A stretch of 64,000 bases of DNA, from positions 111,585 to 175,584 of the forward strand of contig JBIPSI010000008.1 of NCBI GenBank assembly GCA_044070495.1. The letters run 5' to 3'. Under the pieces are notes generated by a model. The model saw nothing but the letters and a program-made list of their open reading frames with translations, searched no databases and was not told where the DNA came from. The translations under genes were made by a program, and so were the position numbers. The number at the start of each line of letters is the position of its first letter. Position 1 is the stretch's first letter. Positions 1-10,909 of this stretch are shown here, one piece after another. The stretch comes from Spirulina sp. Its GTDB lineage: Bacteria > Cyanobacteriota > Cyanobacteriia > Phormidesmidales > Phormidesmidaceae.

Positions 1-96
1 GCGGTTGTTACGGAGGGGCTAGCCGAGGGGGATCAGGTGATTCTCTACCCCGACGACCAGATCGAGCCAGGGGTACGGGTGCGGGGCAGAGGCTAA
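1..96 (+). CDS. 3' end of a probable HlyD/RND efflux periplasmic adaptor (partial)
   Basis: Frame 1 reads AVVTEGLAEGDQVILYPDDQIEPGVRVRGRG*; GLxxGDxV is typical of membrane fusion protein C-termini. Confidence 0.65.
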   Translation, partial: AVVTEGLAEGDQVILYPDDQIEPGVRVRGRG

Positions 97-133
97 CAGG
101 GTTGAGGCGGACGGGTTTTGCCAGATCAGGCCA

Positions 134-1039
134 TTAGCCCCGAAACTCGGAGGCCACAATCATGGAGCCGATGCCGAGGTCGGTGAAGATTTCGAGCAGC
201 AGGGCGTGGGGAATGCGGCCATCGAGGATGTGGGCGGCTCCGACCCCTTGGGCCAGGGAGCGCACGCAGCAGTTCACCTTGGGAATCATGCCGCCGGAGA
301 CAATGCCCACGTCGATGAGCTGGCGGGCCTTTTGGATATCCAGCTTGGGCAGCAGGGTGCCGGGGTCGGTGTAGTCCTCTAAAATTCCCTTGGTGTCGGT
401 GAGCAGGATCAGCTTTTCGGCCCCTAGGGCGGCGGCAATTTCCCCAGCCACGGTGTCGGCATTGATGTTGTAGGCTTGGCCGTGTTCGTCCCTGGCCACG
501 CTGGAAACAATGGGAATGTAGCCCGCCTCCACCAGGGTCTTGATCACGCGGGAATCCACGCCGCTAACTTCGCCCACAAAGCCTACCCCCTCGGCCCCCT
601 GGGGACGGGCGGTGATCAGGTTGCCATCCACGCCGCACAGGCCCACGGCTTTGCCCCCGGCCTGGTTAATGAGGCCCACCAGTTCTTTGTTGACGCGGCC
701 CACCAGCACCATTTCCACTACGTCCATGGTGGGGGCATCGGTGACGCGCAGGCCGTCCTTAAACTGGGGTTCGATGTTCAGCTTGCCCAACCAGGTGTTG
801 ATCTCCGGGCCACCGCCATGCACCACCACCGGACGCAACCCCACGCAGGCCATAAACACAATGTCGCGGATCACGTCGGCCTTGAGGCTGCTGTCCTTCA
901 TGGCCGCGCCGCCATACTTGACCACCACCGTGCGGCCCCGAAACTGCTGAATGTAGGGCAGGGCTTCGCTGAGGATCTGCACCCGTGTGGCCTCGGCGGC
1001 ATGGATACCGTCGGCACTGGAGGAAGAGGACTGAACCAT
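134..1039 (-). CDS. argB: Acetylglutamate kinase
   Basis: [29 protein letters not shown] and GGMIPKV motifs; start placed at MVQSS. Confidence 0.97.
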   Translation of the reverse strand: MVQSSSSSADGIHAAEATRVQILSEALPYIQQFRGRTVVVKYGGAAMKDSSLKADVIRDIVFMACVGLRPVVVHGGGPEINTWLGKLNIEPQFKDGLRVTDAPTMDVVEMVLVGRVNKELVGLINQAGGKAVGLCGVDGNLITARPQGAEGVGFVGEVSGVDSRVIKTLVEAGYIPIVSSVARDEHGQAYNINADTVAGEIAAALGAEKLILLTDTKGILEDYTDPGTLLPKLDIQKARQLIDVGIVSGGMIPKVNCCVRSLAQGVGAAHILDGRIPHALLLEIFTDLGIGSMIVASEFRG

Positions 1040-1079
1040 AGGGCTAGGGCGATAGGAATGATAGGCTCTCGCTAGTGTA

Positions 1080-1643
1080 TCAATTGAGCTGGGCCGAGGG
1101 CGCATCCGCCCGTAGTCTTTCGTCAACAAGGCTTAAAATTTGCGCGGCGATGGCCTCCACGCTGTCCTCCGTCCCCACGGGCACCCGCACATCCGCCTGG
1201 GCATAGAGGGGCTGGCGCTGCTCCACCAAATCCGCCAGGGTTTGCCGCCAGTCGGGCCGTTGCAGCAGGGGCCGTCCCGTTTCCCCCGATAGGCGCTGCT
1301 CTAGCACCGCCAGGGGCACATCCAGCCACACCACAATGCCGTGGTGCAGATAGCTCCAGTTTTGCCGCTGGGTAACCATGCCGCCCCCCGTGGCAATCAC
1401 CAGCCGCCGATAGGCCGAGAGCTGCGCCAACACCTCCGTTTCCTGCCGCCGAAAGGCCGCTTCCCCAGCTTCGGCGAACATTTCAGGAATCGTTCGCCCC
1501 GCCGCCGCCTCTAGCACCGCATCGGTATCAAAAAACTGATAGGCCAAGGCCTGAGCCAGGGCGGTTCCGGTGCTGCTTTTGCCCGCCCCCATCATGCCAA
1601 CGAGGTAGAGATTGGTGCCTTGGAGTCGTTCGGTAAGGGTCAT
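1080..1643 (-). CDS. aroK: Shikimate kinase
   Basis: [10 protein letters not shown]-loop, DTD, ATGGG, RPLL. Confidence 0.96.
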   Translation of the reverse strand: MTLTERLQGTNLYLVGMMGAGKSSTGTALAQALAYQFFDTDAVLEAAAGRTIPEMFAEAGEAAFRRQETEVLAQLSAYRRLVIATGGGMVTQRQNWSYLHHGIVVWLDVPLAVLEQRLSGETGRPLLQRPDWRQTLADLVEQRQPLYAQADVRVPVGTEDSVEAIAAQILSLVDERLRADAPSAQLN

Positions 1644-1669
1644 GGGGAATCGATAAATGGGATGGGGGG

Positions 1670-1849
1670 TTAGGGCGCACTGCTAGGCGTCCGTAAGGCC
1701 AGTTGGGGTATCCCGGCAATTTTGCCAGCGGCGCCCAGGGTGACAAGCTCCTGTTGAAATAGGGCCACTGCGACCGCTTTCAGACAGTCTACCTCTGACA
1801 ACGCATGGCCCCCTGCAAGGCTATCAGAAATCTCTAGGGTAATTTTCAT
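1670..1849 (-). pseudogene. UPF0175-family (predicted antitoxin-like) small protein, probably frameshifted/truncated
   Basis: Hand translation MKITLEISDSLAGGHALSEVDCLKAVAVALFQQELVTLGAAGKIAGIPQLALRTPSSAP*; the AVALFQQxxVTLGxAxxIAG motif resembles UPF0175; 59 aa, so absent from the ORF track. Confidence 0.6.
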
Positions 1850-1898
1850 GGCGTGGCGAGGCCGGTTTGAGCATCGTAGACCAGAGGAACACGGTCTA

Positions 1899-2041
1899 AT
1901 ACTAAATCCTACTTAGCTAACCCCGATTCCCCGATGGTGCATTGCGGCTAATCAAGGTGGTCAGGGCGTCGCCAGGTAGGGGATAGCCGCGAATGCCCCC
2001 TACGATTCTGCCTTTTGGGAATCGGGGTTATGGGATTCGGA
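1899..2041. repeat. Inverted-repeat element enclosing a GTAG-type REP palindrome
   Basis: Perfect 14-bp IR TAACCCCGATTCCC (1918-1931) / GGGAATCGGGGTTA (2017-2030); GTAGGGGATAGCCGCGAATGCCCCCTAC at 1976-2003; related arm at 46128-46152. Confidence 0.65.
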
Positions 2042-2130
2042 GAAGATTTGGGGCTTGTTGGTTCTGCTATCGCGCCACCCAACCTACTTTGGAGATGGGG
2101 CAGGCAATCAGGGGCTAGAGTCCATGGTTC

Positions 2131-3858
2131 CTAGGCGAAGGCTTCGTCCTCTGGGTCGTCTGTGGTGGTGGTGCGATCAGGAGCAGAACGACGGGCAAAG
2201 GCAGTGCAATAGCCATCGGGGCTGACTTGCATTCCATATAGCGGCGAGGCCATACCCCGACAGCGTCCGTTATAGAAATGGCGGCAGCGTTGGCAGCTAT
2301 CGGGCTGTTCGGGGCGATCCTCTGGCTCCACCTGTCGCAGCAAATCGCGCTGGGTAAGGCCCTTAATCACCAGTTCATCCCCCTGCCAGCGGGCTTGCAC
2401 GATGCCGGTGTCGGCCAGGGTGCGCCAGCGGGGGTCGGCGGTAAGGCGGTCGGGCAACAGCAGCAGCACGCTGTCGTCCATGGCGGTGATTTCCCCCTCA
2501 AACAGCGGATCGGGGGCGGCGGGCTGCAAAAAACGGTCGCCAATGGGAAACTCTACCCGCTTCCCCACGGAGGGCAGATGGAGTTGGTAGCGGGTTTGCA
2601 GTTCCTCTAGACTGGCTAGGTCGGCCAGGTGATTGGGGGGGCCATGAACAAAGGCCACATGCTGAGGACGCAGGTTGTGAATCAGTTGGGTGGTGCCGAC
2701 GGCGTCGCTGTGGGTGGTGAGCAGATAGGTATCGAGTTGCACTCGGCCTGTATCGAGATCGGGGGCCAGGGTTTGCAACCAGGCCAAGGTAGACCCCGCT
2801 TCAGATTCGGGGGCGGCCAACACCGCCGTGGCGAGGTGGGAGGCAAAGGCTTCGGGTAACAGCACCGTCCAGGGGTGGTTAGATTCCCGACAATAGCGGC
2901 TGAGGTCGGCGTCGCGATAGCCCAGCACAATGGCCGGGGTGGTCGGATCGGGCATCTCGCCAACCCCCAGCCGTCGAATGCGAGGCCGCACCCGTTCGTC
3001 CCAAAACAGGGGCTGGTGTCGGGCAAAGTTTTGCACACTGCTGGGCAGGTAGGGCAACAGTTCCAGGTAGTGATCGCAGCCCGCCGCCACCGTGGCATCC
3101 ACCCACACCGTCACATCCTTGCCCGTGAACTGGTGATGACTTCGCAACAGCATCACCAATTCCTGCCCCTGGCCGAGGGTGGGCACGGGCAACAGAACGG
3201 AACGTCCCGCTTGCAGACGGTCGTAGATGGTCTGGGCCAGTTGATTTTCCTGCTGTCGCCGATGGGGATGACGGGCAGTGCCAGCGCTCCCCTCAATGAT
3301 CAGCACATCGGGGCGCACCCCCCGCAGAGCCTCTAGGGGCAGACCATCCACTAGCCGCGAGTTGGAAATAAAAAAATCGCCCGTGTAAAACAGGGTGTAG
3401 GGGCGCTGGGGTGTGGTGTAGGTCAACAGCACACAGGCGGCACCGGGCAAATGCCCCGCTGGCCACAGTTGCAGGGTAAGGTCGTCCGTAAGCTGGAGGG
3501 GCGTATTCCAGGGCAACGCCTGACACAGATGGGGCGGCACCTGTTCGGGACGATCTAACCAGTTCAGCGGCAATAGCTGGGCGGTGACCTCACTGCCATA
3601 GATGGGCACCTGGGGAAAGGCGCGATGGAAATCCAGCAGGCCACGGGCATGATCGCTGTGGGCGTGGCTGCACAGCAACATATCCGCCCGCTCTATCCGA
3701 TCCCGTGCGGCCTCCAGCAGAGCCATGTTCGATAGGCCACAGTCCAGCAAAATCCGCCGTGGCCCTAGGCTTACCTCTAGGCAAACGCCCTCGCCACCGT
3801 GACCCGCCCCAAAGGCCAAGCAGGATAGTTCACTCACGGTTGCCGATACCGAATCCAC
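2131..3858 (-). CDS. MBL-fold metallo-hydrolase of beta-CASP type (putative RNA-processing nuclease) with Cys-rich C-terminus
   Basis: SHAHSDH, AGHLPGA, YTGDF, FVHG motifs; C-terminal CQRC..C..YC. Confidence 0.85.
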   Translation of the reverse strand: MDSVSATVSELSCLAFGAGHGGEGVCLEVSLGPRRILLDCGLSNMALLEAARDRIERADMLLCSHAHSDHARGLLDFHRAFPQVPIYGSEVTAQLLPLNWLDRPEQVPPHLCQALPWNTPLQLTDDLTLQLWPAGHLPGAACVLLTYTTPQRPYTLFYTGDFFISNSRLVDGLPLEALRGVRPDVLIIEGSAGTARHPHRRQQENQLAQTIYDRLQAGRSVLLPVPTLGQGQELVMLLRSHHQFTGKDVTVWVDATVAAGCDHYLELLPYLPSSVQNFARHQPLFWDERVRPRIRRLGVGEMPDPTTPAIVLGYRDADLSRYCRESNHPWTVLLPEAFASHLATAVLAAPESEAGSTLAWLQTLAPDLDTGRVQLDTYLLTTHSDAVGTTQLIHNLRPQHVAFVHGPPNHLADLASLEELQTRYQLHLPSVGKRVEFPIGDRFLQPAAPDPLFEGEITAMDDSVLLLLPDRLTADPRWRTLADTGIVQARWQGDELVIKGLTQRDLLRQVEPEDRPEQPDSCQRCRHFYNGRCRGMASPLYGMQVSPDGYCTAFARRSAPDRTTTTDDPEDEAFA

Positions 3859-3878
3859 CCCTTAGCCACCTCAATGGC

Positions 3879-4001
3879 CTAGTGAGCCGACCCGTTGCCG
3901 TGGTAGCTATCGGTGTCGTAGAAGCCGTTTTTGGTGCCAAAGAACAGGGTGGCCACTACGAACAGCCCCGTCAAAACCGCCAAAACCAGTTTGATATCCA
4001 T
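3879..4001 (-). CDS. ndhP: NDH-1L complex small subunit NdhP (40 aa)
   Basis: MDIKLVLAVLTGLFVVATLFFGTKNGFYDTDSYHGNGSAH; single TM plus the NdhP C-terminal FFGTxNGFYDTDxYHGNGSAH signature. Confidence 0.92.
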   Translation of the reverse strand: MDIKLVLAVLTGLFVVATLFFGTKNGFYDTDSYHGNGSAH

Positions 4002-4275
4002 AGGAAATCCGTAAAAAAGGGATAAACCGCGTTTGCTATGCTCCATCCAGCCTGCAAGCCATGCACCCATCAAGGTCACACTTCCAGCCCAGACTTAGAC
4101 AAAGACTAGCTTAGCAGGCCCGCCAGAGGAGCCAATGTAACGGTTTTTGACACCCTCACTCCAGCCCAGTATCGACGATACCCGTTTTCTCCCTCCTTCC
4201 CAGACTCCGGCTGGGAACACCCAATCGAGGCTGGAGCCTCGGAGAAGGAGCAGAGCGCTGGGAGAGGGGCCGTGG

Positions 4276-5718
4276 TTACGGCAGGTTATCAATGGCCTCG
4301 GCTTCCTCTGGCGTGGCAACGGAGGAAAACAGCGCACTCTTTGCTGCCCCTAGGGCCTCCGTTAGCACCAGCGGAAATTCAGCTTCCTGGGACGCGGCTT
4401 CGACCCGTTGCTTGAGCCTGTTCACCATGCGGCGGTTGCGGTCGGCCAGGTTGGTTTCTTCGCCAGGATCTTGGGCGAGGTTAAAGAGTTCGGTCTTGGA
4501 GGGGATGGTAATTTGCCAAACCAGTTTCCAGTCGCCCTGGTGGACGGCGGCGCGGAAGGGTTCAACATCATAGCCTAGGGCATCTCGATCCAAGGATTGC
4601 CCCTCGGCTAGGGCGGGCCAGATATTGAGGCCATCCAGGGGTTTGGTTTGATCGAGGGATGCCCCAGCCAGGTTGGCAAGGGTCGGATACCAATCGATAA
4701 TGTGCATGGGCTGGTTTGCCACGGAACCCGGTTCGATCCGTCCCGGCCAGTTGGCGAGGGCCACAACGCGAGTGCCCCCTTCGTAGAGTGCCCCCTTGCC
4801 GCCACGAAACGGGCCATTATCCGCAGGAATGGTGCCCCCAGAGGTGTCCACTTCCCCGGTAACCGCAGCAGACCGAGGGCCACCGTTGTCGCTCTGGAAG
4901 ACGATCAGCGTATTGTCGCGCATTCCACGCCGTTCCAGCGCTTCGACAACCTGGCCAATCTGTTCGTCCATCACCGTGATCATGGCAGCATAGGCGCGAC
5001 GGTTAGGATCCTCAATATTGGCGTATTGGGCGATAGCTTCCTCCGGTGCTTGGTAGGGAGCGTGGGGCGCGGTAAAGGCCAGGTACATAAAGAGCGGGGT
5101 ATTGGTGTCGTGCTCGTCGATCAGCTTTACGGCATCCTGCCCTAGCAGAGTCGTAACGTAGCCCTCTTCCTCTACCAGTTCATTGTTGCGATACCAGTCA
5201 ATAACGCCGTGGGCCGAGTGGGTGAAATAGTCAATCTCGCCCAGAATTGGGCCATAGTGGTAGTCAAACCCCCGCTGCAAGGGCCAATATTGGCGATCTG
5301 CGTGGCCTAGGTGCCATTTACCCACCAGGGCGGTGTCATAGCCCGCTTCTTTCAGCGCCTGGGGCAAGATCCATTCATCGGTGGCTAGCCCGTAGGTCGC
5401 CGCCGATGGAATTGCAATGGTCTGCAACCCGTAGCGGAAGGGATATCGCCCCGTCATCAGGGCCGCCCGCGACGGCGTACACCAGGGATGGGCATGGTAA
5501 TGTTCGAGGCGGACTCCAGTTTGGGCCAGCCGATCTAGGTTAGGAGTCCGAATGTCAGAACCATGGAATCCGACATCTTTCCAACCTAGGTCGTCGGCCA
5601 TGATGTAGACAATATTAGGGCGCGGCGATTCCTGGGCCACTGCCGCTGGGGGCAACCAGCCTCGGATTCCCACCAAAAAGGCCACCAAGAAGGCGACCAA
5701 GAGACTCAGTTTCTTCAT
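4276..5718 (-). CDS. Secreted arylsulfatase (formylglycine-dependent, Cys type)
   Basis: Signal peptide, PNIVYIMADDLG, CTPSRAALMTGR, GKWHLG, SDNGG; start could be 5736. Confidence 0.92.
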   Translation of the reverse strand: MKKLSLLVAFLVAFLVGIRGWLPPAAVAQESPRPNIVYIMADDLGWKDVGFHGSDIRTPNLDRLAQTGVRLEHYHAHPWCTPSRAALMTGRYPFRYGLQTIAIPSAATYGLATDEWILPQALKEAGYDTALVGKWHLGHADRQYWPLQRGFDYHYGPILGEIDYFTHSAHGVIDWYRNNELVEEEGYVTTLLGQDAVKLIDEHDTNTPLFMYLAFTAPHAPYQAPEEAIAQYANIEDPNRRAYAAMITVMDEQIGQVVEALERRGMRDNTLIVFQSDNGGPRSAAVTGEVDTSGGTIPADNGPFRGGKGALYEGGTRVVALANWPGRIEPGSVANQPMHIIDWYPTLANLAGASLDQTKPLDGLNIWPALAEGQSLDRDALGYDVEPFRAAVHQGDWKLVWQITIPSKTELFNLAQDPGEETNLADRNRRMVNRLKQRVEAASQEAEFPLVLTEALGAAKSALFSSVATPEEAEAIDNLP

Positions 5719-6010
5719 ACTAGGCATTCCTTCCATTGATCATCCGTGGCTAGAGGCAAGGGATCTGGGGGTAGGTCTAAACCGCACAACGCAGCCGAGC
5801 AACATTAACCAAGATGAATCCGTGAATTCCTCGAATCCGTAAATTCTTTATGCCTTGACCCTAGGGCACCAGCGTAGAAGTTCGCTAAAATGATGGCTAT
5901 CCCAAAATTGCAAGATCACAAAAACGAAATATTAAGAATCATCAAAAACATCAAGCCCCCTCTGCTGAGGGGCGTCTTTTCTAGGAGATACACTATTACT
6001 TGGCCAAGAA

Positions 6011-7003
6011 ATGACGTCACTGAAGGACTTAGGCGATCAATTTCTAAACGATGCTGGCCCTAGCACTGCATCGCTTTATAGTTTTAGAGATATTGATGAG
6101 TTAGCGGTTTTTTTGCCCGAAGATGTCCGTCTGACGCCCCTGGAGTGTGAGCCTTTTCGATGTCAGTCTGCCTTCCTCAACCTTGGTGCGGTTCAATTTA
6201 CCTTTAACCACGTCAACCGAAATCTCTACGCCACGGGGGGTAAACAGACAGACTTTTTAAGTTTTTCGATGATCCTTCAGGGGAATGGACAGCACGGCAT
6301 TGAAAATAATCGCCTGGTCAACGAAGACTATTTGTTTGGCTTTGATCCAAGTCGCAAGGCCGATCTGGTCTTTCCAGGCAATTGTCTCTACTGTGCAGTC
6401 TACATTCAACCGACTATTTTTAAAGCCTATGTCCAGGCCATGGATCGCCTAGATCTGGATAGCAAATTCTTGGCCACCAACTATGCTTATATAGCAGGTT
6501 CGTTCGCCCCTTTACGATCCTATCTCAAGCAGATTTATGCCTTACTGATTCAGCAATCCAATCGATTACAAAACCGAGACTTTCAGAAAATTATCGTACA
6601 AGACTTTATTCCTTTGTTGATTGCCGCATTGCCAGTCGGATCATCCTCCCAAAACGATACCAAATTCCTACGTCGTTCGCGCTTAGTCAAACAGGCGGAT
6701 GACTACATGCAATCTCGCCTCGATCAGGCACTCACCCTTACGGATCTTTGTGAAGCCCTTGGCACGAGTAGCCGCGCCCTTTGCTACGGATTCCAGGAAA
6801 TGTTTGGAACCAGTCCCATGTCCTACCTGAAAATTCTTCGGTTAAAAGCGGCCCATCAATTGCTCAAGACAGCTAGTCAAAATGCAATAACGGTCACGGA
6901 ATCCGCAACTCAGTTTGGTTTTTGTCACTTGGGGTATTTTTCCCGCGACTACAAACAGATGTTTGGCGAACTGCCCTCAGCAACCTTGAGGCAGCGCTTG
7001 TAG
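6011..7003 (+). CDS. AraC-family (EutR-like) transcriptional regulator
   Basis: C-terminal double HTH (LTDLCEALGTSSRAL...FGFCHLGYFSRDYKQMFGELPSATL). Confidence 0.9.
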   Translation: MTSLKDLGDQFLNDAGPSTASLYSFRDIDELAVFLPEDVRLTPLECEPFRCQSAFLNLGAVQFTFNHVNRNLYATGGKQTDFLSFSMILQGNGQHGIENNRLVNEDYLFGFDPSRKADLVFPGNCLYCAVYIQPTIFKAYVQAMDRLDLDSKFLATNYAYIAGSFAPLRSYLKQIYALLIQQSNRLQNRDFQKIIVQDFIPLLIAALPVGSSSQNDTKFLRRSRLVKQADDYMQSRLDQALTLTDLCEALGTSSRALCYGFQEMFGTSPMSYLKILRLKAAHQLLKTASQNAITVTESATQFGFCHLGYFSRDYKQMFGELPSATLRQRL

Positions 7004-7098
7004 AATTGGCATTTTTCAAGGCCATAACTCTCCACGATGGCATTGCCCCCTGCGAAGGCTGAGCAAACCCAGGAAGTTCTGCCCTGGGGCGAAGAGGG

Positions 7099-9093
7099 CT
7101 ACCAGGTGAAGCGGAGACCTTGGGAAACCAGGAAGGCTTGTAGGGCAGGCATTTGACCTGTTACCACAATTTGGGACGGGGTGAGGTCGGCGGGTTTGCC
7201 TTCGCGTAGGAGCCAGCCAGCGGTGGCCCCTGCCGCGCCGCCAATGCTCCATTCCCCGTAGTGAACGCGGGTAACGCCGTTGACGATATGGCTAACGGCA
7301 ATGCTCTTGCCACCAATTAAGACGTTATCCACGCCCTGGGGCACGATGGCCTCCAGGGGAATTTGCAGGGGCCGCACCACAAATTCCTTGATGCTGGCGG
7401 CGGCGGCTTCGTAGGTGGGTCGCCCATCGCGATAACGGCAGCCGTGGATGTCGATGTCGTAGTGGGCCAGCGCAACGGCGGTGAGGCTAAAGTCTCGGCC
7501 CCCGGTCATATCTTCGCGCAGGTCGGCTTCTACGGCCATGAAGCTGTCTTGGCCATAGGCAGGGCGGCCCAAAATGCGGCGACCTTCGCGGATGTAGGGC
7601 ACCATACTAAGGCCAGACTGGGTGCCCAGGGGCGCGTCTTTGCCCGTCAACAGGGTGAGGGGCAGTTTGTCAGTGGATTCCCGATCAATCAGCCATTCCG
7701 CAAACATGAGAGAGTGAATTTCGCCATAGTTGAGGGATTCTGCCGACAAACCGCCCATCCAGTTCTGTTTTTGTCCGTCTAGGCGAAGATCCTCTTCGGT
7801 CAACACCAGGGGCGGATCCATAAAGTGCCAGTCGTTGCCCTTGTTCCAGTTCATCAGCGTCATTTCCCCCGGTCGGGTGACGTTGACATTGCCGCTGTCG
7901 GTGGCGTGGCTGACGATGCGGCGATAGTTAAACACGCTGCTGCTGTTAAAGAAGGGAAAGCCTTCTAGATCAAACGATTGCCAGTGCTCTTCCCGCGTGA
8001 AGGCCGGTTCAATTTGTTGCAGTTCCTTCAGGCTAGCCTTGCGGTCATCCAACGTGGCCAGCACAAAGGGATAGGTGTAGGCCTGGGTGCAGTCGGGGTT
8101 TTCGCGGGGGGCGGCGTTCACCTCCCCGGTAAAGGATTGGGCATCGGATCCGACGCGGTGGGGCAGATTGGCCCAGCCCACCAGTTCTCCGGTGTCGGTG
8201 GCGTCGATCACCACCATGCGACCACCGGGGGGCGGCTGGAGGCGGACGGGGATCTTGTTGTAACTGTCGCTATCCGACCAGCTATACCACTCCGATAGCT
8301 CGCGGGAGAGCCGCCCCGTGGGTACATAGTTAGGATCGAGGGGAATCCGCCGTACGCCGTAGATGGCCGTTACCACCCGACCCGACGCATCAAAGGCCGC
8401 GCCCTTAAAGGCCGTCGAGGTCGCCCAGCGACTTTCTGGCGCACTCTGAACCGCCTGCCGCATCCACATTTCCGCCGCCGTGGCCCCCGCCTTGGGGGAA
8501 AAGCACAGTTCCCCCACCCAGCAGCTATTCACGGCACTCACGGGCTTGGGGCTGGGCATCCCCGTCCAGTCAGGCAAATGCACGGGCTGTCGCTGAATTA
8601 ACGCCTTGAAGGACTCCCAACTGGGGGAGAAATTCCGCCGCCAGCGCATCGCCCGCGATTCATCAATGGCCGAAACCCCCTGGGAACTAATTTGCCCGCC
8701 CAGCCAGGGAGTGAGTTCAATCATGCAGGTGGTGGCCCCGGTTTTCATGGCGTGGGAGGCCGCCGCAATGCCGCCCAGGGTGCCGCCAATCACCACCACT
8801 TCGCAGGTCCACACTTCCTCGGCAATGGGCAGCGGGTTCAACACCGGACGCCCGTTCGCCGTTTGAATTTGGCGCACCCCCTGGGCCACCTCCGCCCGGT
8901 TTACCACCTGCCCCACCGGGCGCTGGGCCATCACCACCGGCCCCCGCCAGTGACCACTCACCGAGCGAAAGGCCGCCAGCAACAAACTACTCCCCAACAC
9001 CGCCACCATCACCAAACCCGATAACCGGGTCATGCGGCGCTGGGCACGTCTGCGCTTGAGGGGAAGAGAACGATACCGACGGCGTTCCAGCAT
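7099..9093 (-). CDS. FAD-dependent oxidoreductase with N-terminal membrane anchor
   Basis: VVVIGGTLGGIAAA, LGGQISSQG, IDATDTGEL, PYIREGRR motifs; start uncertain (9093 or 9150). Confidence 0.8.
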   Translation of the reverse strand: MLERRRYRSLPLKRRRAQRRMTRLSGLVMVAVLGSSLLLAAFRSVSGHWRGPVVMAQRPVGQVVNRAEVAQGVRQIQTANGRPVLNPLPIAEEVWTCEVVVIGGTLGGIAAASHAMKTGATTCMIELTPWLGGQISSQGVSAIDESRAMRWRRNFSPSWESFKALIQRQPVHLPDWTGMPSPKPVSAVNSCWVGELCFSPKAGATAAEMWMRQAVQSAPESRWATSTAFKGAAFDASGRVVTAIYGVRRIPLDPNYVPTGRLSRELSEWYSWSDSDSYNKIPVRLQPPPGGRMVVIDATDTGELVGWANLPHRVGSDAQSFTGEVNAAPRENPDCTQAYTYPFVLATLDDRKASLKELQQIEPAFTREEHWQSFDLEGFPFFNSSSVFNYRRIVSHATDSGNVNVTRPGEMTLMNWNKGNDWHFMDPPLVLTEEDLRLDGQKQNWMGGLSAESLNYGEIHSLMFAEWLIDRESTDKLPLTLLTGKDAPLGTQSGLSMVPYIREGRRILGRPAYGQDSFMAVEADLREDMTGGRDFSLTAVALAHYDIDIHGCRYRDGRPTYEAAAASIKEFVVRPLQIPLEAIVPQGVDNVLIGGKSIAVSHIVNGVTRVHYGEWSIGGAAGATAGWLLREGKPADLTPSQIVVTGQMPALQAFLVSQGLRFTW

Positions 9094-9496
9094 GGGCCAA
9101 AGGGCAACAAAACTCAAAATCTTGACTGTGAGTGTAACAACGAAATTCAAAGACGACGCAGGAACTTTTCCCTAGGCCAATGCTTCCCCCAATGTTCGCC
9201 ATGCCCAAGGCCAAGCGACCCAGGGCACCCCCCTAGGAAGTCCTGGAAAATCTGAGGCATGGCCCAGGAAATATGTTAAGTTGTGTGAACAGCCTAGGGG
9301 TTGTCATCTGTCAATAGCGGTGTGCTGGTTGAGTTTGCGAGCAGGTTCTCTGTGTCGCGAACAGGTTGGAGGAAAGTTCCCCAGCCCAGCCGCACCCCAG
9401 ATCACCCTAGAGCCACAGCAATGGGAGGACGGTGCAAGGGTTTCTTCCTGATGCTGAAGGATCGCGCTTGTACACGTCGTTGCTTGGAAGAAACGC

Positions 9497-10819
9497 ATGG
9501 GGCTAAAGCCAACCGTTGCCTTTAACCATTTGGGATGCGAGAAAAATCGCGTTGACACCGAACATATGCTGGGTCTGCTGGTGCAGGCAGGCTATGGCGT
9601 AGACGCCAACGAGGAATTGGCCGACTACGTGGTAGTCAACACCTGTAGCTTCATCGAAGACGCCCGCCGGGAATCGGTGCGAACCCTGGTGGAACTCGCG
9701 GAAGCCAACAAAAAAATTGTGATCACGGGCTGCCTCGCCCAGCATTTTCAGCACGAACTCCTCGACGAAATTCCAGAGGCCGTGGCCCTGGTAGGCACAG
9801 GAGATTACAACCGCATCGTCGAAGTAATCGAACGGGCCGAAGCCGGGGAACGGGTCAAAATCGTCTCCCCAGAACCCACCTACATTGCCGACGAAACGGT
9901 ACCCCGCTACCGTACGACCGCCTCCAGCGTGGCCTACCTGCGGGTGGCCGAGGGCTGCGACTATCGCTGCGCCTTCTGCATCATTCCCCACCTGCGGGGC
10001 AACCAGCGATCCCGCTCCATCGAATCCATCGTGGCCGAGGCTAAACAACTCGCGGACGAGGGAGTGCAGGAACTGGTGCTGATCTCGCAAATCACCACCA
10101 ACTACGGCCTAGACCTCTACGGAAAACCCGCTCTAGCCAAGCTCCTGCGGGCCTTGGGCGAAGTCGATGTGCCCTGGATTCGGATGCACTACGCCTACCC
10201 CACGGGCCTCACCCCGGAGGTGATTGCCGCCATTCGCGATACCCCCAACGTCTTGCCCTACCTGGATTTACCCCTTCAGCACTCCCACCCGGAGGTGCTG
10301 CGGGCCATGAATCGTCCCTGGCAAGGGCAGGTCAACGACGACGTGATCCAGCGCATCCAGGAAGCCCTACCCGAGGCGGTGCTGAGAACCACCTTCATCG
10401 TGGGCTTTCCGGGCGAAACGGAAGCCCACTTTGACCACCTGATGGCCTTTGTGGAACGCCACCGATTCGATCATGTCGGCGTCTTTACCTTCTCCCCAGA
10501 GGAGGGTACCCCCGCCTACAGCCTGCCCAACCCCGTGCCTGAAGCCGTGGCCGAACAGCGTCGCGAAGCCCTGATGTTGGCTCAACAGCCCATTGCCTGG
10601 GCCAAAAACCAGGATGACATTGGCAAAACCGTGGACGTATTGATTGAGCAGGAAAATCCCGCCACGGGGGTCAGCATTGGCCGATCCGCCCGCTTCGCCC
10701 CAGAGGTAGACGGCCTGGTTTATGTAAAAGGCTCAGCCCCGTTGAACCAAATTGTTCCTGTCACCATCACCGCCGCCGACACCTACGACCTCTTTGGCCA
10801 AGTAGCCACAGATCCCTAG
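9497..10819 (+). CDS. rimO: Ribosomal protein S12 methylthiotransferase
   Basis: LGCEKN, NTCSFI, radical [12 protein letters not shown]-terminal TRAM with APEVDG. Confidence 0.96.
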   Translation: MGLKPTVAFNHLGCEKNRVDTEHMLGLLVQAGYGVDANEELADYVVVNTCSFIEDARRESVRTLVELAEANKKIVITGCLAQHFQHELLDEIPEAVALVGTGDYNRIVEVIERAEAGERVKIVSPEPTYIADETVPRYRTTASSVAYLRVAEGCDYRCAFCIIPHLRGNQRSRSIESIVAEAKQLADEGVQELVLISQITTNYGLDLYGKPALAKLLRALGEVDVPWIRMHYAYPTGLTPEVIAAIRDTPNVLPYLDLPLQHSHPEVLRAMNRPWQGQVNDDVIQRIQEALPEAVLRTTFIVGFPGETEAHFDHLMAFVERHRFDHVGVFTFSPEEGTPAYSLPNPVPEAVAEQRREALMLAQQPIAWAKNQDDIGKTVDVLIEQENPATGVSIGRSARFAPEVDGLVYVKGSAPLNQIVPVTITAADTYDLFGQVATDP

Positions 10820-10909
10820 GCCATGCCTTCCCTAGGCCGCTGATCCCCAGCCTCGTTCCCTTGCCCTACCCCTTCTCCCCGACTCTGTAATCTCCTTAGA
10901 GGATTCGTT

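Noticed and set aside
1650..1850. 6S/other ncRNA upstream of aroK
   Set aside because: Better explained by the UPF0175-like reading frame; no recognisable ncRNA consensus.
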